From positions 96,001-160,000 of the forward strand of contig JBBQZX010000005.1 in assembly GCA_038207335.1 (NCBI GenBank): DNA of 64,000 nt, read 5' to 3'. Shown piece by piece: positions 1 to 12,589 of the stretch (positions within the stretch are counted from its first letter, which is position 1; every line of letters begins with the position of its first letter). A program made the translations under genes and the position numbers. The stretch is from Chthoniobacterales bacterium (GTDB lineage: Bacteria > Verrucomicrobiota > Verrucomicrobiia > Chthoniobacterales > Chthoniobacteraceae). A model generated the notes under the pieces. It searched no databases and was not told where the DNA came from. It was given only the letters and a program-made list of their open reading frames with translations.

Positions 1-1503
1 TCGGGCTCGGGCGGCGTGGCGAGCGGCGGTGCGATTCAGAATGGCAGCGATGGAGTCGTCACGATCTCCGGGACGACGATTTCCAAGAATTCCGCAAAGA
101 GCGGCACTGCGGGCAAGGCGGGAACGGGTGGAAAAGGCGGAGCCGTGGGCGGTCTATCGGGCGAAAACGGCGCTGCCGGAGTCGATGGTGCGTCTGCCGC
201 TGGCGGCGCGATTTTCAACGAAGGCTCGGTGTCGATGGCAGAGAAGACGTTTGTCACCCGGAACTCTGTGGCCGGCGGAGACGCAAGCGGCGGTGGTATT
301 CACAACACTGGCACGCTCGAAGTGGTGAACTCAACGATCGCGGGCAACTCGGCAAAGGGCGCGAATGGGCCGAACGGTGCGGCGGGAGGAAAAGGCGCAA
401 ATGGAGCTAACGGGGAGAAGGGCGAAAATGGTGATAGGGGACAAGATGGCGGCGACGGCGGCGATGGTGAGGACGGGAGTGAAGGCGGCGCAGGTGCCGC
501 GGGAAACCCCGGCGGCTTCGCGAAAGGTGGAGGCATTTTTAATTCGGCAGAGGTGACGATCCAGAGATCGACCATTTCCGGGAATGTGACGATTGCCGGG
601 AACGGTGGGAATGGTGGGAGCGGGGGCGACGGCGGAAAAGGCGGTGCAGGGGGTGCAGGCGGGCGGGGAGGGAAGGCTTACAGTTACGAAGGTTACCACT
701 ACCCGGCTGGGCACAAAGGAGCCCACGGCGCTGCCGGTTACGGCGCGAACGGAGGCTACGGCGGGGAGGGAGGTGCTGCGGGAGCGGCGCAGGGAGGTGG
801 TATTTTCAATGGAGACGATATCGACGCCACACTGGTCGTCCGGGACTCAACCATCTCCGGCAACGTGGTCAAAGGGGCGCAATCGGGCAAGGGTGGCAAT
901 GGTGGGAAAGCCGGTGCCGGGCGTAGTGGCGGTGCAGCATTGGGCGGTGAACGTGGGCTGGATGCCGAACCGGTGCCGGGCGAGGGCGGCGGGATATTTT
1001 CAGGGGACAGTTCGCTGACGATCTCGCAGAGCACCATCGCGAAAAACAGCGCGAGCGGAAATGGAGGGGGTATCGCGGTGATCGAAAACGTGTTCACGTC
1101 GGTCCACAACTCCACGATCGCTGCCAACCGCGCCAAAGCGGCGGGTGGCGGGCTGTACGCGGAACTCGATCCGATGGGCGACGTCGTCTTGGTGATCAGT
1201 ACGATCATCGCGAAGAACTCCGCCGCGGGGGCCAAAGATGTGAGCGGGACGATCAGTGCCTCATTTAGCCTGATTCAAATAACCGACGGCACGACGCTGA
1301 CTGGCGCGAGCAACGTCACCGGCGTCGATCCGAAGCTCAAGGCGCTCGGTACGCGTGGCGGGCCGACGCAGGTCATGCTCCTCCTTCGCAGCAGCCCGGC
1401 ATTGAATGCGGGCAGCAATCCCGACGCACTCGCGAAAGATCAGCAGGGCGACGACCGTGTCGTCGGAGCGGGGATCGACATCGGCGCTGTCGAGTCGCAA
1501 TAG
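1..1503 (+). CDS. Gly-rich beta-helix surface/secreted protein with C-terminal choice-of-anchor Q-like region (5' end lies outside the window)
   Basis: Frame is open from the window edge. Repeated 'GGGIFN...STISGN' beta-helix units alternate with Gly-X-Y/GGX runs. C-terminus 'GGPTQ..LL..SPALNAG...DQ.G..R..G..IDIGAVE'. Confidence 0.75.
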   Translation, partial: SGSGGVASGGAIQNGSDGVVTISGTTISKNSAKSGTAGKAGTGGKGGAVGGLSGENGAAGVDGASAAGGAIFNEGSVSMAEKTFVTRNSVAGGDASGGGIHNTGTLEVVNSTIAGNSAKGANGPNGAAGGKGANGANGEKGENGDRGQDGGDGGDGEDGSEGGAGAAGNPGGFAKGGGIFNSAEVTIQRSTISGNVTIAGNGGNGGSGGDGGKGGAGGAGGRGGKAYSYEGYHYPAGHKGAHGAAGYGANGGYGGEGGAAGAAQGGGIFNGDDIDATLVVRDSTISGNVVKGAQSGKGGNGGKAGAGRSGGAALGGERGLDAEPVPGEGGGIFSGDSSLTISQSTIAKNSASGNGGGIAVIENVFTSVHNSTIAANRAKAAGGGLYAELDPMGDVVLVISTIIAKNSAAGAKDVSGTISASFSLIQITDGTTLTGASNVTGVDPKLKALGTRGGPTQVMLLLRSSPALNAGSNPDALAKDQQGDDRVVGAGIDIGAVESQ

Positions 1504-1665
1504 CGCTCGCGAAGGAGGCGTGTGCGTGGTGGTGCCCAAACTTCGCGCATTCCCCCCGAACCCCTCGCCTCGCTTCACCAGGAACAGCCGGAAATCGCAA
1601 AGAAACGGTGGCAGAGGGGATTGTTGCGGTGAATCGTCGTCAGCCCGGCGAACCCCCTCTTGCTC

Positions 1666-4074
<2,409 letters not shown>

Positions 4075-4086
4075 GAAGTGTTTGTG

Positions 4087-6741
4087 ATGAAGAGCGTCCT
4101 TTCAGCTATCGCAGTCACCGCGTTCGCCGTCACGGCTCACTCTGCGGAGAAGGTTACTTACAACGATCACGTCCTTCCGATCTTTCGGAACTCGTGCCTG
4201 AACTGTCATAACCCGGACAAAAAGAAAGCCGGGCTGGATCTATCGACTTACCAAAGCGCGCTGCAAGGCAGTGAGAACGGGAAGATTCTCGAATCGGGGA
4301 ATGCTGGCGCGAGTATGCTCTTCAAGTGCATCAAGCAAACGGAGGATCCGAAGATGCCGCCGAAAGGCGACAAACTCAGCGATAAGGACATCGCAGTCAT
4401 CGAGAATTGGATCACGGGCCAGCTACTTGAAACCGCCAGCGGGAAAGGTGTCGCGGCGTCCAATAACAACGTGCAAGTGGCTGTCGTGTCCCTCGAACGG
4501 CCTGCCGGTCCGCCGCCCATGCCGGGCGAGCTTCCACTTGAGCCTATAGTGCAAAGCCCGCGCAAGAATGCCTTGGTCGCGCTGGCTGCAAGTCCCTGGG
4601 CTCCTCTCGTCGCGGTCGGAGGGCAGAAGCAGATCGTCCTTTACAACACGCAGACGCTCGAACCGCTCGGCGTCCTCCCTTTCCCCGAAGGCTTTCCTGA
4701 TGTCATTCGCTTCAGCCGCAATGGACAAGTGCTACTCACAGGTGGCGGACAGGGCGGCAAATCCGGCAAGGTCGTTTTGTGGGACATTAAGACGGGGGAT
4801 CGCATCGCGACGGTCGGCAACGAATTCGACCAGGTGCTCAGTGCGGATCTCAGCGCGGATCAGCAGTTTGTCGCGCTCGGCGGGCCAAGCAAGTTGGTCA
4901 AGATTTACTCCACCAAGGACGGCAAGCTCATCCAATCGATCAAGAAGCATACCGACTGGGTAACTGCGATCGCCTACTCGCCGGATGGCAAGCTACTCGC
5001 CAGCGCGGATCGCAACGGCGGCATTCAAATTTGGGAGGGTGATACCGGCAAGGAATTCAACAGCTTGCCGGGGCACAAAGTCGGCGTGACTGCGTTGGCG
5101 TTCATGACGGGAGTCGTGGCCTCCGCGAGTGAAGACGGGACTGTGAAGCTGTGGGATGTGAAGGAAGCCAAGGAGATCAAGAGCTGGAAGGCTCATGATG
5201 GCGGAGTGTCCTGGGTGGAGTTCACGCCGGATGGGCGCCTCGTAACCTGCGGCCGGGATAAGACTGCGAAGATTTTTGATCAGACCGGCAAGGAACTCGG
5301 GAAGACCGAGGCGTTTGCGGACATCGCACTGCGCGCGACGGTGAGTGGCGACCGCGTGATTGCGGGTGACTGGACTGGCGATATCCGCGTTTGCAGTCTC
5401 GATGGGAAACGCATCGGTGAGTTGAGCGCGACGCCGCCGGCGATCACGGACCAGCTTACAGCCGCACAGAAAGCGCTTGCGGATGCGAAGGCCGCTGCCG
5501 CGCCGCTGCAACAGCAATTCGCCGTCGCGGAACAGCAAACCAAAGCCGATGGGGGTGGAAAGGAAGCGATGCCGCCCGCGGCGACCGATGCCAACAAGCT
5601 GACGGAACTTTCAAAGGCGCTGGAGTCCCAGACTGCGGAGGTCGCGAAGCTGCGTGAGGCGAGAGCTTCACAGAAAGAAGGAACGCCGGAATACAACGAC
5701 GCCAATAACAAAGTGCAGGCGAAGAAGGCTGAAATCGCAACGACCCAGGCCAGTATCGACGCGACAAAGGGAGCCCCAACCGCGCCGGCAGCACCACAGC
5801 CGAGCGGCGCGCAAGAAGGGCTCGCGAAAGCCAAGGCGACGCTGGATGCGGCGAATGCACAAATCGAGAACGCCACTGCGGCAGTGGACAAGTGGACGCG
5901 CGCGCAGGCTTTCATGACTGTCCACTCGGCGCGAGCGACGCTCGCCGAGAAACAAGCGGCATACGCCGACCTCGTGGAAGCCGCCAAGAGCGCGCTCGAC
6001 CTGGCGGAGCAGGTGCGTGGAAGTATCGCGGCAATGAGTAAGGCTTTGGAAGAAGCTCCGAAGCAGCTTCAAGAGAAACAAGCGGCACTGACGAAGGCTC
6101 AACAGACGCTCGATCCACTCTCGAAAGCGGTGGTCGCGGGCGAGACTGCGCTTGCCGAAAAAGAGAAACAGACCAAGGAAGCAACCGAGGCTTTCGACAA
6201 GGCAAACGCGATCGTGGCCGAGCAGACTAAGAAGCTCGAACAAGACAACGCAGAGATCGCCAATCGGCGCAAGGCCCGTGAAGGAAAGCCGGCCGGATCG
6301 CCGGAGTATGAAACCGCGAACAAAAACGTACAAGACTACAAAACCGTGATTTCGCAGACCGAAGCAGTGCTGGCAGCGGCCAAGGCGAAAGTCGAAGAAC
6401 GGAAACCACAGACCGAAGCGCCGCGGGCTGAAATCGTGAAGATGAAGGACGCGCTGGAGAAGAACCGTGCGGACGTGAAAGCAGCGACAGTGGTGGTGAC
6501 AACCGCCGAGAAAGCCTTCGCCGACGCAAAGAAGGACATCGACGCAACGACTCAAAAACTCGCGAAACTCCGCAAAGACGCGCCCGGAATCGTGACCACA
6601 GCAAAGGCCGCAAAAGCCAAAGCCGACAAGGATGCAGCCCTAGCCGCAAAAGAACTCGAAACCTTAAAAGCTCAAACCGAGCAAGTGCGCGCCGAATTCG
6701 ACAAACGCTGGCAGCCCCTGCCAACGGTAGCGGCGAAGTAG
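4087..6741 (+). CDS. Planctomycete-type cytochrome c domain + WD40 repeats + long coiled-coil protein
   Basis: Signal peptide; 'CLNCHNPDKKKAGLDL' and MPP. WD40 units such as 'HTDWVTAIAYSPDGKLLASA' and 'VKLWD'. Ala/Lys/Glu-rich helical C-terminal half. Confidence 0.9.
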   Translation: MKSVLSAIAVTAFAVTAHSAEKVTYNDHVLPIFRNSCLNCHNPDKKKAGLDLSTYQSALQGSENGKILESGNAGASMLFKCIKQTEDPKMPPKGDKLSDKDIAVIENWITGQLLETASGKGVAASNNNVQVAVVSLERPAGPPPMPGELPLEPIVQSPRKNALVALAASPWAPLVAVGGQKQIVLYNTQTLEPLGVLPFPEGFPDVIRFSRNGQVLLTGGGQGGKSGKVVLWDIKTGDRIATVGNEFDQVLSADLSADQQFVALGGPSKLVKIYSTKDGKLIQSIKKHTDWVTAIAYSPDGKLLASADRNGGIQIWEGDTGKEFNSLPGHKVGVTALAFMTGVVASASEDGTVKLWDVKEAKEIKSWKAHDGGVSWVEFTPDGRLVTCGRDKTAKIFDQTGKELGKTEAFADIALRATVSGDRVIAGDWTGDIRVCSLDGKRIGELSATPPAITDQLTAAQKALADAKAAAAPLQQQFAVAEQQTKADGGGKEAMPPAATDANKLTELSKALESQTAEVAKLREARASQKEGTPEYNDANNKVQAKKAEIATTQASIDATKGAPTAPAAPQPSGAQEGLAKAKATLDAANAQIENATAAVDKWTRAQAFMTVHSARATLAEKQAAYADLVEAAKSALDLAEQVRGSIAAMSKALEEAPKQLQEKQAALTKAQQTLDPLSKAVVAGETALAEKEKQTKEATEAFDKANAIVAEQTKKLEQDNAEIANRRKAREGKPAGSPEYETANKNVQDYKTVISQTEAVLAAAKAKVEERKPQTEAPRAEIVKMKDALEKNRADVKAATVVVTTAEKAFADAKKDIDATTQKLAKLRKDAPGIVTTAKAAKAKADKDAALAAKELETLKAQTEQVRAEFDKRWQPLPTVAAK

Positions 6742-6864
6742 GCCTAACGGGCCGTCAGGTGTTCTGTCGCTTCGATTCGGGCGCTAACAATGCGCTGTAG
6801 CGAAAAGCTCCGCGTATCACGGCAGATGATATTTTTGGCTTGTGAGCATCCGGTGGACTGAACC

Positions 6865-7287
6865 ATGAAATCTCTCGTCGCATTCGTCTTCGGAATTGCC
6901 CTCGGAGTTTTCTCAATGCTCGCAGCCGAGCCTCAGTTCGCGCCACCGCTCTCGATCGTTTGTGTCCCGACGAGCGCAACCAAACGCCATATCGAAGCCG
7001 CCAAGAAGGTCGCCGCCGCATTCGCCATCAGCATCCGCAAGCCTTTGCAGACCGACCGCAACCCCACATGTTGCATCTATCTCGAGATCACCCATTGGCT
7101 TCCCAACGGAGCGAAGGGTTACATCATCAACCACCAACCCGGCGGCACCGTCCTCGCGGCCTCGACGGAGGACGAACTCGATCAGGCAGTCGAGGCATTT
7201 GTTCGCTCCGCCAAGTCAGTGAACGGTATCATTAGTGCGCCGGTTGGCATCCAAACCTCTTACCCAGTTGTGTATACTCCCAAATGA
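6865..7287 (+). CDS. Hypothetical secreted protein
   Basis: 140-aa ORF with an N-terminal signal-like segment; no recognised family. Confidence 0.6.
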   Translation: MKSLVAFVFGIALGVFSMLAAEPQFAPPLSIVCVPTSATKRHIEAAKKVAAAFAISIRKPLQTDRNPTCCIYLEITHWLPNGAKGYIINHQPGGTVLAASTEDELDQAVEAFVRSAKSVNGIISAPVGIQTSYPVVYTPK

Positions 7288-7491
7288 ACGAAGCGCCTAA
7301 TCATGCGCCCTGCAGTGCCAAAGGAAGTCGCACGCCCAACTCACCACTGAGACCAAAGAAAGATCTCTAGCCGTTCGCCGGCGAGAACCACTGCGTGCTT
7401 CCCGGCGCCTGGTTCTGCCACCGCCTTCTCCTCGCCCCGCGTTGTGGATTCGTGCTTTGGTGCTTCGTGTTTGCCTCGCGGAAGGGTGAGG

Positions 7492-9663
7492 CTACGCGAA
7501 TTGGTCGAAGTCCTTTTCTCGGTTGATCCAGCGGCGGACTCGGAAGACGTGAGCGGGGTTGGTGTGAGGGTTGAGTTGCACCCAGTTGCGTTCGCCGGTC
7601 CAGAGGTATCGGGCGTCGGTGAGGAGATCGTGGACTTGATAGGTGTCACTTTCCAGCCATCCAAACTCCGTGACCGGGACGTGGATGAATGAGTCGCGCG
7701 TGTTGTACGGGTCGAGGTTGACGACGACTAGGATGATGTTGTCGCGGGCCTCGGTCATTTTGCCGTAGAAGAGGACGCTGTCGCTGTCGGAGGGATAGAA
7801 GCGCAGGTTTGTGTATTCCTGTAGCGCGCGGTTTCCTCGGCGTATGCGATTGAGCGCGGTGATGAGTCCTTTGATGTTTCCCGGCGCGTCCCAGTCACGC
7901 TCTTTCCACTGATACTTCTCGCTGTCGTAGTATTCTTCGCGACCCGGAAGGGCGGCATTTTCACATAGCTCGAAGCCGGAGTAGATGCCGTAGATGGAGG
8001 AGAGGGTCGCGGCCAGGACTGCGCGGATCATAAAGGCGGGGCGGCCGCCTTGTTGCAGGAAGAAGGGGAGGATGTCGGGCGTGTTGGGCCAGAGGTTTGC
8101 GCGGAAGTAGTCCTTCATCTCGGTCTGCGTGAGCTCGGTGAAGTATTCGATGAGTTCCTGCTTGGTATTGCGCCAGGTGAAGTAGGTGTAGCTGTGGGTG
8201 AAGCCTGCTTTCGCCAGCGCCTTCATCATCTTCGGCTTTGTGAAGGCCTCGCTGAGGAAGATCGCGTCGGGATAGGTCTCCTGGACTTTGCCGATGAGAT
8301 ATTCCCAAAAGGCGACGGGCTTGGTGTGCGGGTTATCGACGCGGAAGATGCGGACGCGGTGCTCGCACCAGAATAGGATGACGCTCGTCAGTTCCTCCCA
8401 CAGTGCCCGCCAGTTCGGGTTGTGGTAGTTCATCGGATAGACGTCCTGGTACTTTTTCGGCGGGTTTTCGGCGTATTTGATGGTGCCGTCGGGCCGCTTG
8501 TAGAACCACTCGGGGTGGTCGTGGACGTAGGGGTGATCGGGCGAGCAGTTGATGGCGTAATCGAGGGCGACTTCCATGCCGCGCGATTCGATCTCGGCGA
8601 CGAGCCAGTCAAAATCCGCGAGGGTGCCGAGTTCCGGTGCGACGTCTTTGTGGCCGCCGCCGTTGGGGCATTTCTGGTGGCGATTACCGATGGCGTAAGG
8701 GACGCCGGGTTCGCCGGGCTCGCAGGTGACGGCGTTGTTGCGGCCTTTGCGCGCGGTGATGCCGACGGGATGGACAGGCGGGAAGTAGATGACGTCGAAG
8801 CCCATGGCGCGGGCGTCATCGACGCGGGGTAGGCAGTCGCGGAACTTCGAGCCGCGGTCGCCGTGACCCTCGGCGCAGCGGGGGAAAAACTCATACCACT
8901 GCGAGAAGAGGGCGCGGTCGCGATCGACGGTGATGAACGGGTAGGCGGGGACCGGGACGGGTGGCGCAGGGTCGGTGAGGACGGCGATGGCGGGCTCAGC
9001 GGCTTTCTTCTTTCGGGCGACTGGTTTTTTTGCGGCCGCGGACTGGGGTGGCGCGCTGCTTTCCACGAGGACGGCGACGGGCGGGGTGGCGAGGATGAAT
9101 TCGGAGCCGTCGCCTCGGTCGGAATAGGTGTGCATGAGCGCCTCGAGTTCGGGGCGATGGGCGAGGTCGTTGACTTCGGAGGGCGTGCCCGCCCGAAGCC
9201 GCGCGGCGATTTCGAGTAACTGTTTTTCGTCCGCCTTTTGCCCCTGCGCGGCGGCTTGCGCGGCGGCTTTCTCGACGATGCCAGCGCCCTCGATCGACTC
9301 GCTTTTCAAGTCGGTGAGCCCGGCGGCGTGCTTGGTGTGAAACTCGTGCTGCCACGAAAGGAACACGTCGCCCCATGCCTCGATGGTGAATTCGTAGCGC
9401 GCGTTTTCGTAAAATGAACACGCCCCCTGCCAGCGGTCGTTGCCGTTTGGCATCGGCGCCATCGGCGTCTCGTGCCAGCGGGCGGCATCGGCTTTGCGCC
9501 ACTTCAGCATGGCCGACATGATGTCGTGGCCGTCTTTGAAGATGTCGGCCGCGACGAGCAGGCTCTCGCCGGCGGCGCGCTTGATCGGAAATCGGCCCGC
9601 ATCGACGAGCGGCGAGACGTTTTCGATGACGACTGTCGAAGGACGCAGAATCATGCGGTGCAT
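7492..9663 (-). CDS. glgE: Alpha-1,4-glucan:maltose-1-phosphate maltosyltransferase (GH13_3)
   Basis: DUF3416-type N-terminus. Motifs 'WYEFFPR', 'AENPPKKYQD', 'FRVDNPHTKP', 'FLSEAFT', 'NTPDIL', 'SEKYQ'. Confidence 0.95.
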   Translation of the reverse strand: MHRMILRPSTVVIENVSPLVDAGRFPIKRAAGESLLVAADIFKDGHDIMSAMLKWRKADAARWHETPMAPMPNGNDRWQGACSFYENARYEFTIEAWGDVFLSWQHEFHTKHAAGLTDLKSESIEGAGIVEKAAAQAAAQGQKADEKQLLEIAARLRAGTPSEVNDLAHRPELEALMHTYSDRGDGSEFILATPPVAVLVESSAPPQSAAAKKPVARKKKAAEPAIAVLTDPAPPVPVPAYPFITVDRDRALFSQWYEFFPRCAEGHGDRGSKFRDCLPRVDDARAMGFDVIYFPPVHPVGITARKGRNNAVTCEPGEPGVPYAIGNRHQKCPNGGGHKDVAPELGTLADFDWLVAEIESRGMEVALDYAINCSPDHPYVHDHPEWFYKRPDGTIKYAENPPKKYQDVYPMNYHNPNWRALWEELTSVILFWCEHRVRIFRVDNPHTKPVAFWEYLIGKVQETYPDAIFLSEAFTKPKMMKALAKAGFTHSYTYFTWRNTKQELIEYFTELTQTEMKDYFRANLWPNTPDILPFFLQQGGRPAFMIRAVLAATLSSIYGIYSGFELCENAALPGREEYYDSEKYQWKERDWDAPGNIKGLITALNRIRRGNRALQEYTNLRFYPSDSDSVLFYGKMTEARDNIILVVVNLDPYNTRDSFIHVPVTEFGWLESDTYQVHDLLTDARYLWTGERNWVQLNPHTNPAHVFRVRRWINREKDFDQFA

Positions 9664-9830
9664 CTTCGCGCCAGGCGCGGGGAACGTGGAAGCACTTTGC
9701 GATTCCGATTTGCCGGACGGATCTTTTCAACCATGGCGGATGCGGCGAAAATGCGCTGAGCGAAAAGGTCCGATCTTTGCGGCGTTGCGCTTTGCGGGCG
9801 GGGTTCGAGACGGTAGCTTCGGCGCGATTT

Positions 9831-11135
9831 ATGAGTCTTTCGCATCGCCCCTCGCTCGTCGCCGGATGTCTCGCGGGACTTGTCGTCGGGGCGTTGGTTG
9901 CGCTGGTTGCGGGTGGGAGATTTTCGGGAAAGTCGGATGCCGGCGCGCGGCAGGTGCAGATTCTGCGGGAAGAAAATGCACGGCTTCGAGGGGTGGTTGC
10001 GGAGAGCGAAAAGGCGAAGGCTTTCGCGAAGAACAAGGCGCAGCGGGAGGCGATCGAGCGGGAGGTCGTGGCGATTCGCGGGCTGGAATTCAAGACGCCG
10101 GTGGACTATCAGGTGCTCGATCGAAAGGAGATCAAGGCGACGCTTTCACGCAAGATGTCGGAGGTTTTTTCGGAGGAGGAATTTGCGAATATGACGGCTG
10201 CGCTTGCGCGGCTTGGGTTGCTGGAGGAGGGGTTTCCGCTGCGGCAGAAATATGTCGATTTGCTCGGGGAGCAGGTGGCGGCATTTTACGATCAGCACAC
10301 GCACAAGCTTTGCATGTTCGAGGATGCGTCGCTGGAGAATTCGCAGAATCGCGTGGTGCTGGCGCATGAGCTGACTCACGCGCTGCAGGATCAGCATTTC
10401 GGGCTCGCGCGCCTGCCGCTGGAGGCAAAGACGAACGACGATCGCGCGGCGGCGGCGAGCGCACTGTGCGAGGGGGACGCGACGCTGGTGATGACGGAAT
10501 TCATGATGAAAAATCTGTCGCTCGGCGCGCTGAAGGACAACGTGTCGGCGTCGCTGACGCAGAACATGGACGAGCTGGCGAAGGCGCCGCGGTTTCTGCG
10601 CGAGATGCTCGTGTTTCCGTATTTGCGTGGGCAGGAATTTTGCGGCGCGCTGTTTTCGGGCGGGGGGTATGAGGCTGTGAATCAAGCATACAAGCGGCCT
10701 CCCAGCTCGACGGCGCAGATTTTGCATCCGGTGAAATTTCTCGGCGACGAGCACGAGGAGCCGGTGGCGATCGAGTGGAAGGAGCTGAAATTTCGCGGAA
10801 AGGAGCCGATCGCGGACAATGTGCTCGGGGAAATGGGGACGCGGATTTTGCTCGGGGATGGAGTGGAGGCAGCGGAGGCGGAGCGCGCTGCGGCGGGTTG
10901 GCGCGGTGATCGGTATTTGTGCTTTGACGGCGGAAAGACGCTCGTGTGGAAAAGCGTGTGGGCGAGTGCGGATGAGGCGTCTGAATTTGCGGAGGCGGAG
11001 AAGCGGACGCTCGCGAAACGATACGGGGCATCGACGCGGGTGACGCTGGTTACGCAGCGCGCGGAGGCGGTGGTGGTGATCGACGCGACGGATGCGGCGG
11101 CGGCGGATGAGCTGGGCGCGCAGTTTGGCGGGTGA
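9831..11135 (+). CDS. Membrane-anchored putative zincin metallopeptidase-like protein
   Basis: N-terminal TM segment and coiled coil; 'AFYD', 'VLAHELTHALQDQHF' (HExxH), 'EGDA', 'FPY..G', 'PP.ST.QILHP', 'AAAGWRGD'. Confidence 0.75.
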   Translation: MSLSHRPSLVAGCLAGLVVGALVALVAGGRFSGKSDAGARQVQILREENARLRGVVAESEKAKAFAKNKAQREAIEREVVAIRGLEFKTPVDYQVLDRKEIKATLSRKMSEVFSEEEFANMTAALARLGLLEEGFPLRQKYVDLLGEQVAAFYDQHTHKLCMFEDASLENSQNRVVLAHELTHALQDQHFGLARLPLEAKTNDDRAAAASALCEGDATLVMTEFMMKNLSLGALKDNVSASLTQNMDELAKAPRFLREMLVFPYLRGQEFCGALFSGGGYEAVNQAYKRPPSSTAQILHPVKFLGDEHEEPVAIEWKELKFRGKEPIADNVLGEMGTRILLGDGVEAAEAERAAAGWRGDRYLCFDGGKTLVWKSVWASADEASEFAEAEKRTLAKRYGASTRVTLVTQRAEAVVVIDATDAAAADELGAQFGG

Positions 11136-11198
11136 AGGGAATTGAGCCGTCGCCGCCTGCATTGCGCGGGGGATGCCGGGTGCTTTAGCTTTTCCGAA

Positions 11199-12200
11199 AT
11201 GGACAAAAACGAAATGCGTCTCGATCCGCTGACTGGCGTGTGGACGCTGTTTTCATCGGCTCGCGCGGGGCGTCCGTTTTTCGATTCCGCGAGCGCGGAG
11301 GGTGCGCCGGATCCGTTCGTTGCGGGGTGCGAGATGCACGCGCCGCACGCGCTTCACCAGATGCCGGAGGATGAGGGATGGCGGGTGCGCGTGGTGCCGA
11401 ATCGCGCTCCAGTGCTTCGCGTGGAGGGGGATGCGTCGCGACGTGGGGATGGGATTTACGACCGGATGGATGGCGTCGGTGCGCATGAGGTGATCGTCGA
11501 GGACGCAGGAAGTCGTGCGCTCTGCGAGCTTTCACGGAGCGAGATCGAGCAGGTGATTTCGGCGTGGAAAACTCGGATGCTCGACCTGATGCGCGATCCG
11601 CGCATGCGTTCCTTTTCGATCGTGAAAAACGTGGGGCGCGCGGCCGGGGCGCGGGTGGATCATTCGGTGAGCCAGCTCATCGCGATGGCGGTGATCCCGC
11701 CGCTGCTGCGTCGTAAGCTTGAAGCCGCGCGCGATTTTTATGATCGGAAAAAGCGCTCTATTTTCGACGACATCCTCGCCGAAGAGGTGCGCGCCGGGAC
11801 GCGGCTGGTGTATGAAAACAATGGGTTTGCGGTCTTCTGCCCGTATGCGTCGCGCGCGCCGTTCGAGCTGGCGATTTACCCGAAAAGGCAGTGCTCGGAT
11901 TTTCACGGGATCAGCGACCAGGAGTGCGCGCAATTCGCCGACGCCCTCGGTACCGCGCTGCGGAAGCTCGTGCGCGCGCTCGACGGACCCGCGTATCATC
12001 TCATGCTTTTCACGGCACCGACGCGCACCGACAGGCGCGACCATTGGACGACTATCGAGCGGGACTTCCGCTGGCATGTGGAAATCCTGCCGCGGCTCGA
12101 GCCCGTCAGCGCACTGGAACTCGGCACGGGCTGCTGGGTGAATGGCGTGTGGCCCGAGGTCGCCGCGGAATTTCTCTGTGCGCTGGAGGTGGCGGAATGA
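11199..12200 (+). CDS. GalT-family (galactose-1-phosphate uridylyltransferase-like) protein with degenerate active site
   Basis: 'EMRLDPLTG', 'VRVVPN..P', 'G.HEVIVE', 'WHVEILPR', 'ELGTG..N.V.PE.AA'. The catalytic HxHxQ motif reads HSVSQ. Confidence 0.85.
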   Translation: MDKNEMRLDPLTGVWTLFSSARAGRPFFDSASAEGAPDPFVAGCEMHAPHALHQMPEDEGWRVRVVPNRAPVLRVEGDASRRGDGIYDRMDGVGAHEVIVEDAGSRALCELSRSEIEQVISAWKTRMLDLMRDPRMRSFSIVKNVGRAAGARVDHSVSQLIAMAVIPPLLRRKLEAARDFYDRKKRSIFDDILAEEVRAGTRLVYENNGFAVFCPYASRAPFELAIYPKRQCSDFHGISDQECAQFADALGTALRKLVRALDGPAYHLMLFTAPTRTDRRDHWTTIERDFRWHVEILPRLEPVSALELGTGCWVNGVWPEVAAEFLCALEVAE

Positions 12201-12469
12201 TCGGGCGCCAGATTTTCTACGAGGGGCGAGTGCAGGGCGTCGGATTCCGCTTCACGGTGAAGTCGCTGGCACGCGGATACGAGGTCGTCGGCTGGGTGAA
12301 AAATCTCGCCGACGGTCGCGTCGAGATGCAGGTGAGCGGCGAGCGCGGGGAGGTGGAGGGGTTCATCGAGGCGATCGCGGAGAGCGAGTTGAAGAGCCAC
12401 ATCAAGAGCGTCGAAGCGCACGCCGCGCCCGCGCTGGAAGGCGTGCGTGGCTTCGAGATCGCACGGTGA
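12197..12469 (+). CDS. acyP: Acylphosphatase
   Basis: 'GRVQGVGFR' and '[12 protein letters not shown]'. ATGA overlap with the upstream stop. Confidence 0.93.
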   Translation: MIGRQIFYEGRVQGVGFRFTVKSLARGYEVVGWVKNLADGRVEMQVSGERGEVEGFIEAIAESELKSHIKSVEAHAAPALEGVRGFEIAR

Positions 12470-12589
12470 TCACCGTTGCTCCGGTCGAGTCCAATCCATA
12501 AATTTCTCGGATGAATACAGTCGCTGAGACTCGCCGGACCACCGAACGATTGAACATGGATCTCCGCAGAGCCTGAATTGCTACGAAGC

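Noticed and set aside
9720..9800. CTTTGCG-like short repeats in the glgE divergent region
   Set aside because: Too degenerate to call as an element or regulatory site.
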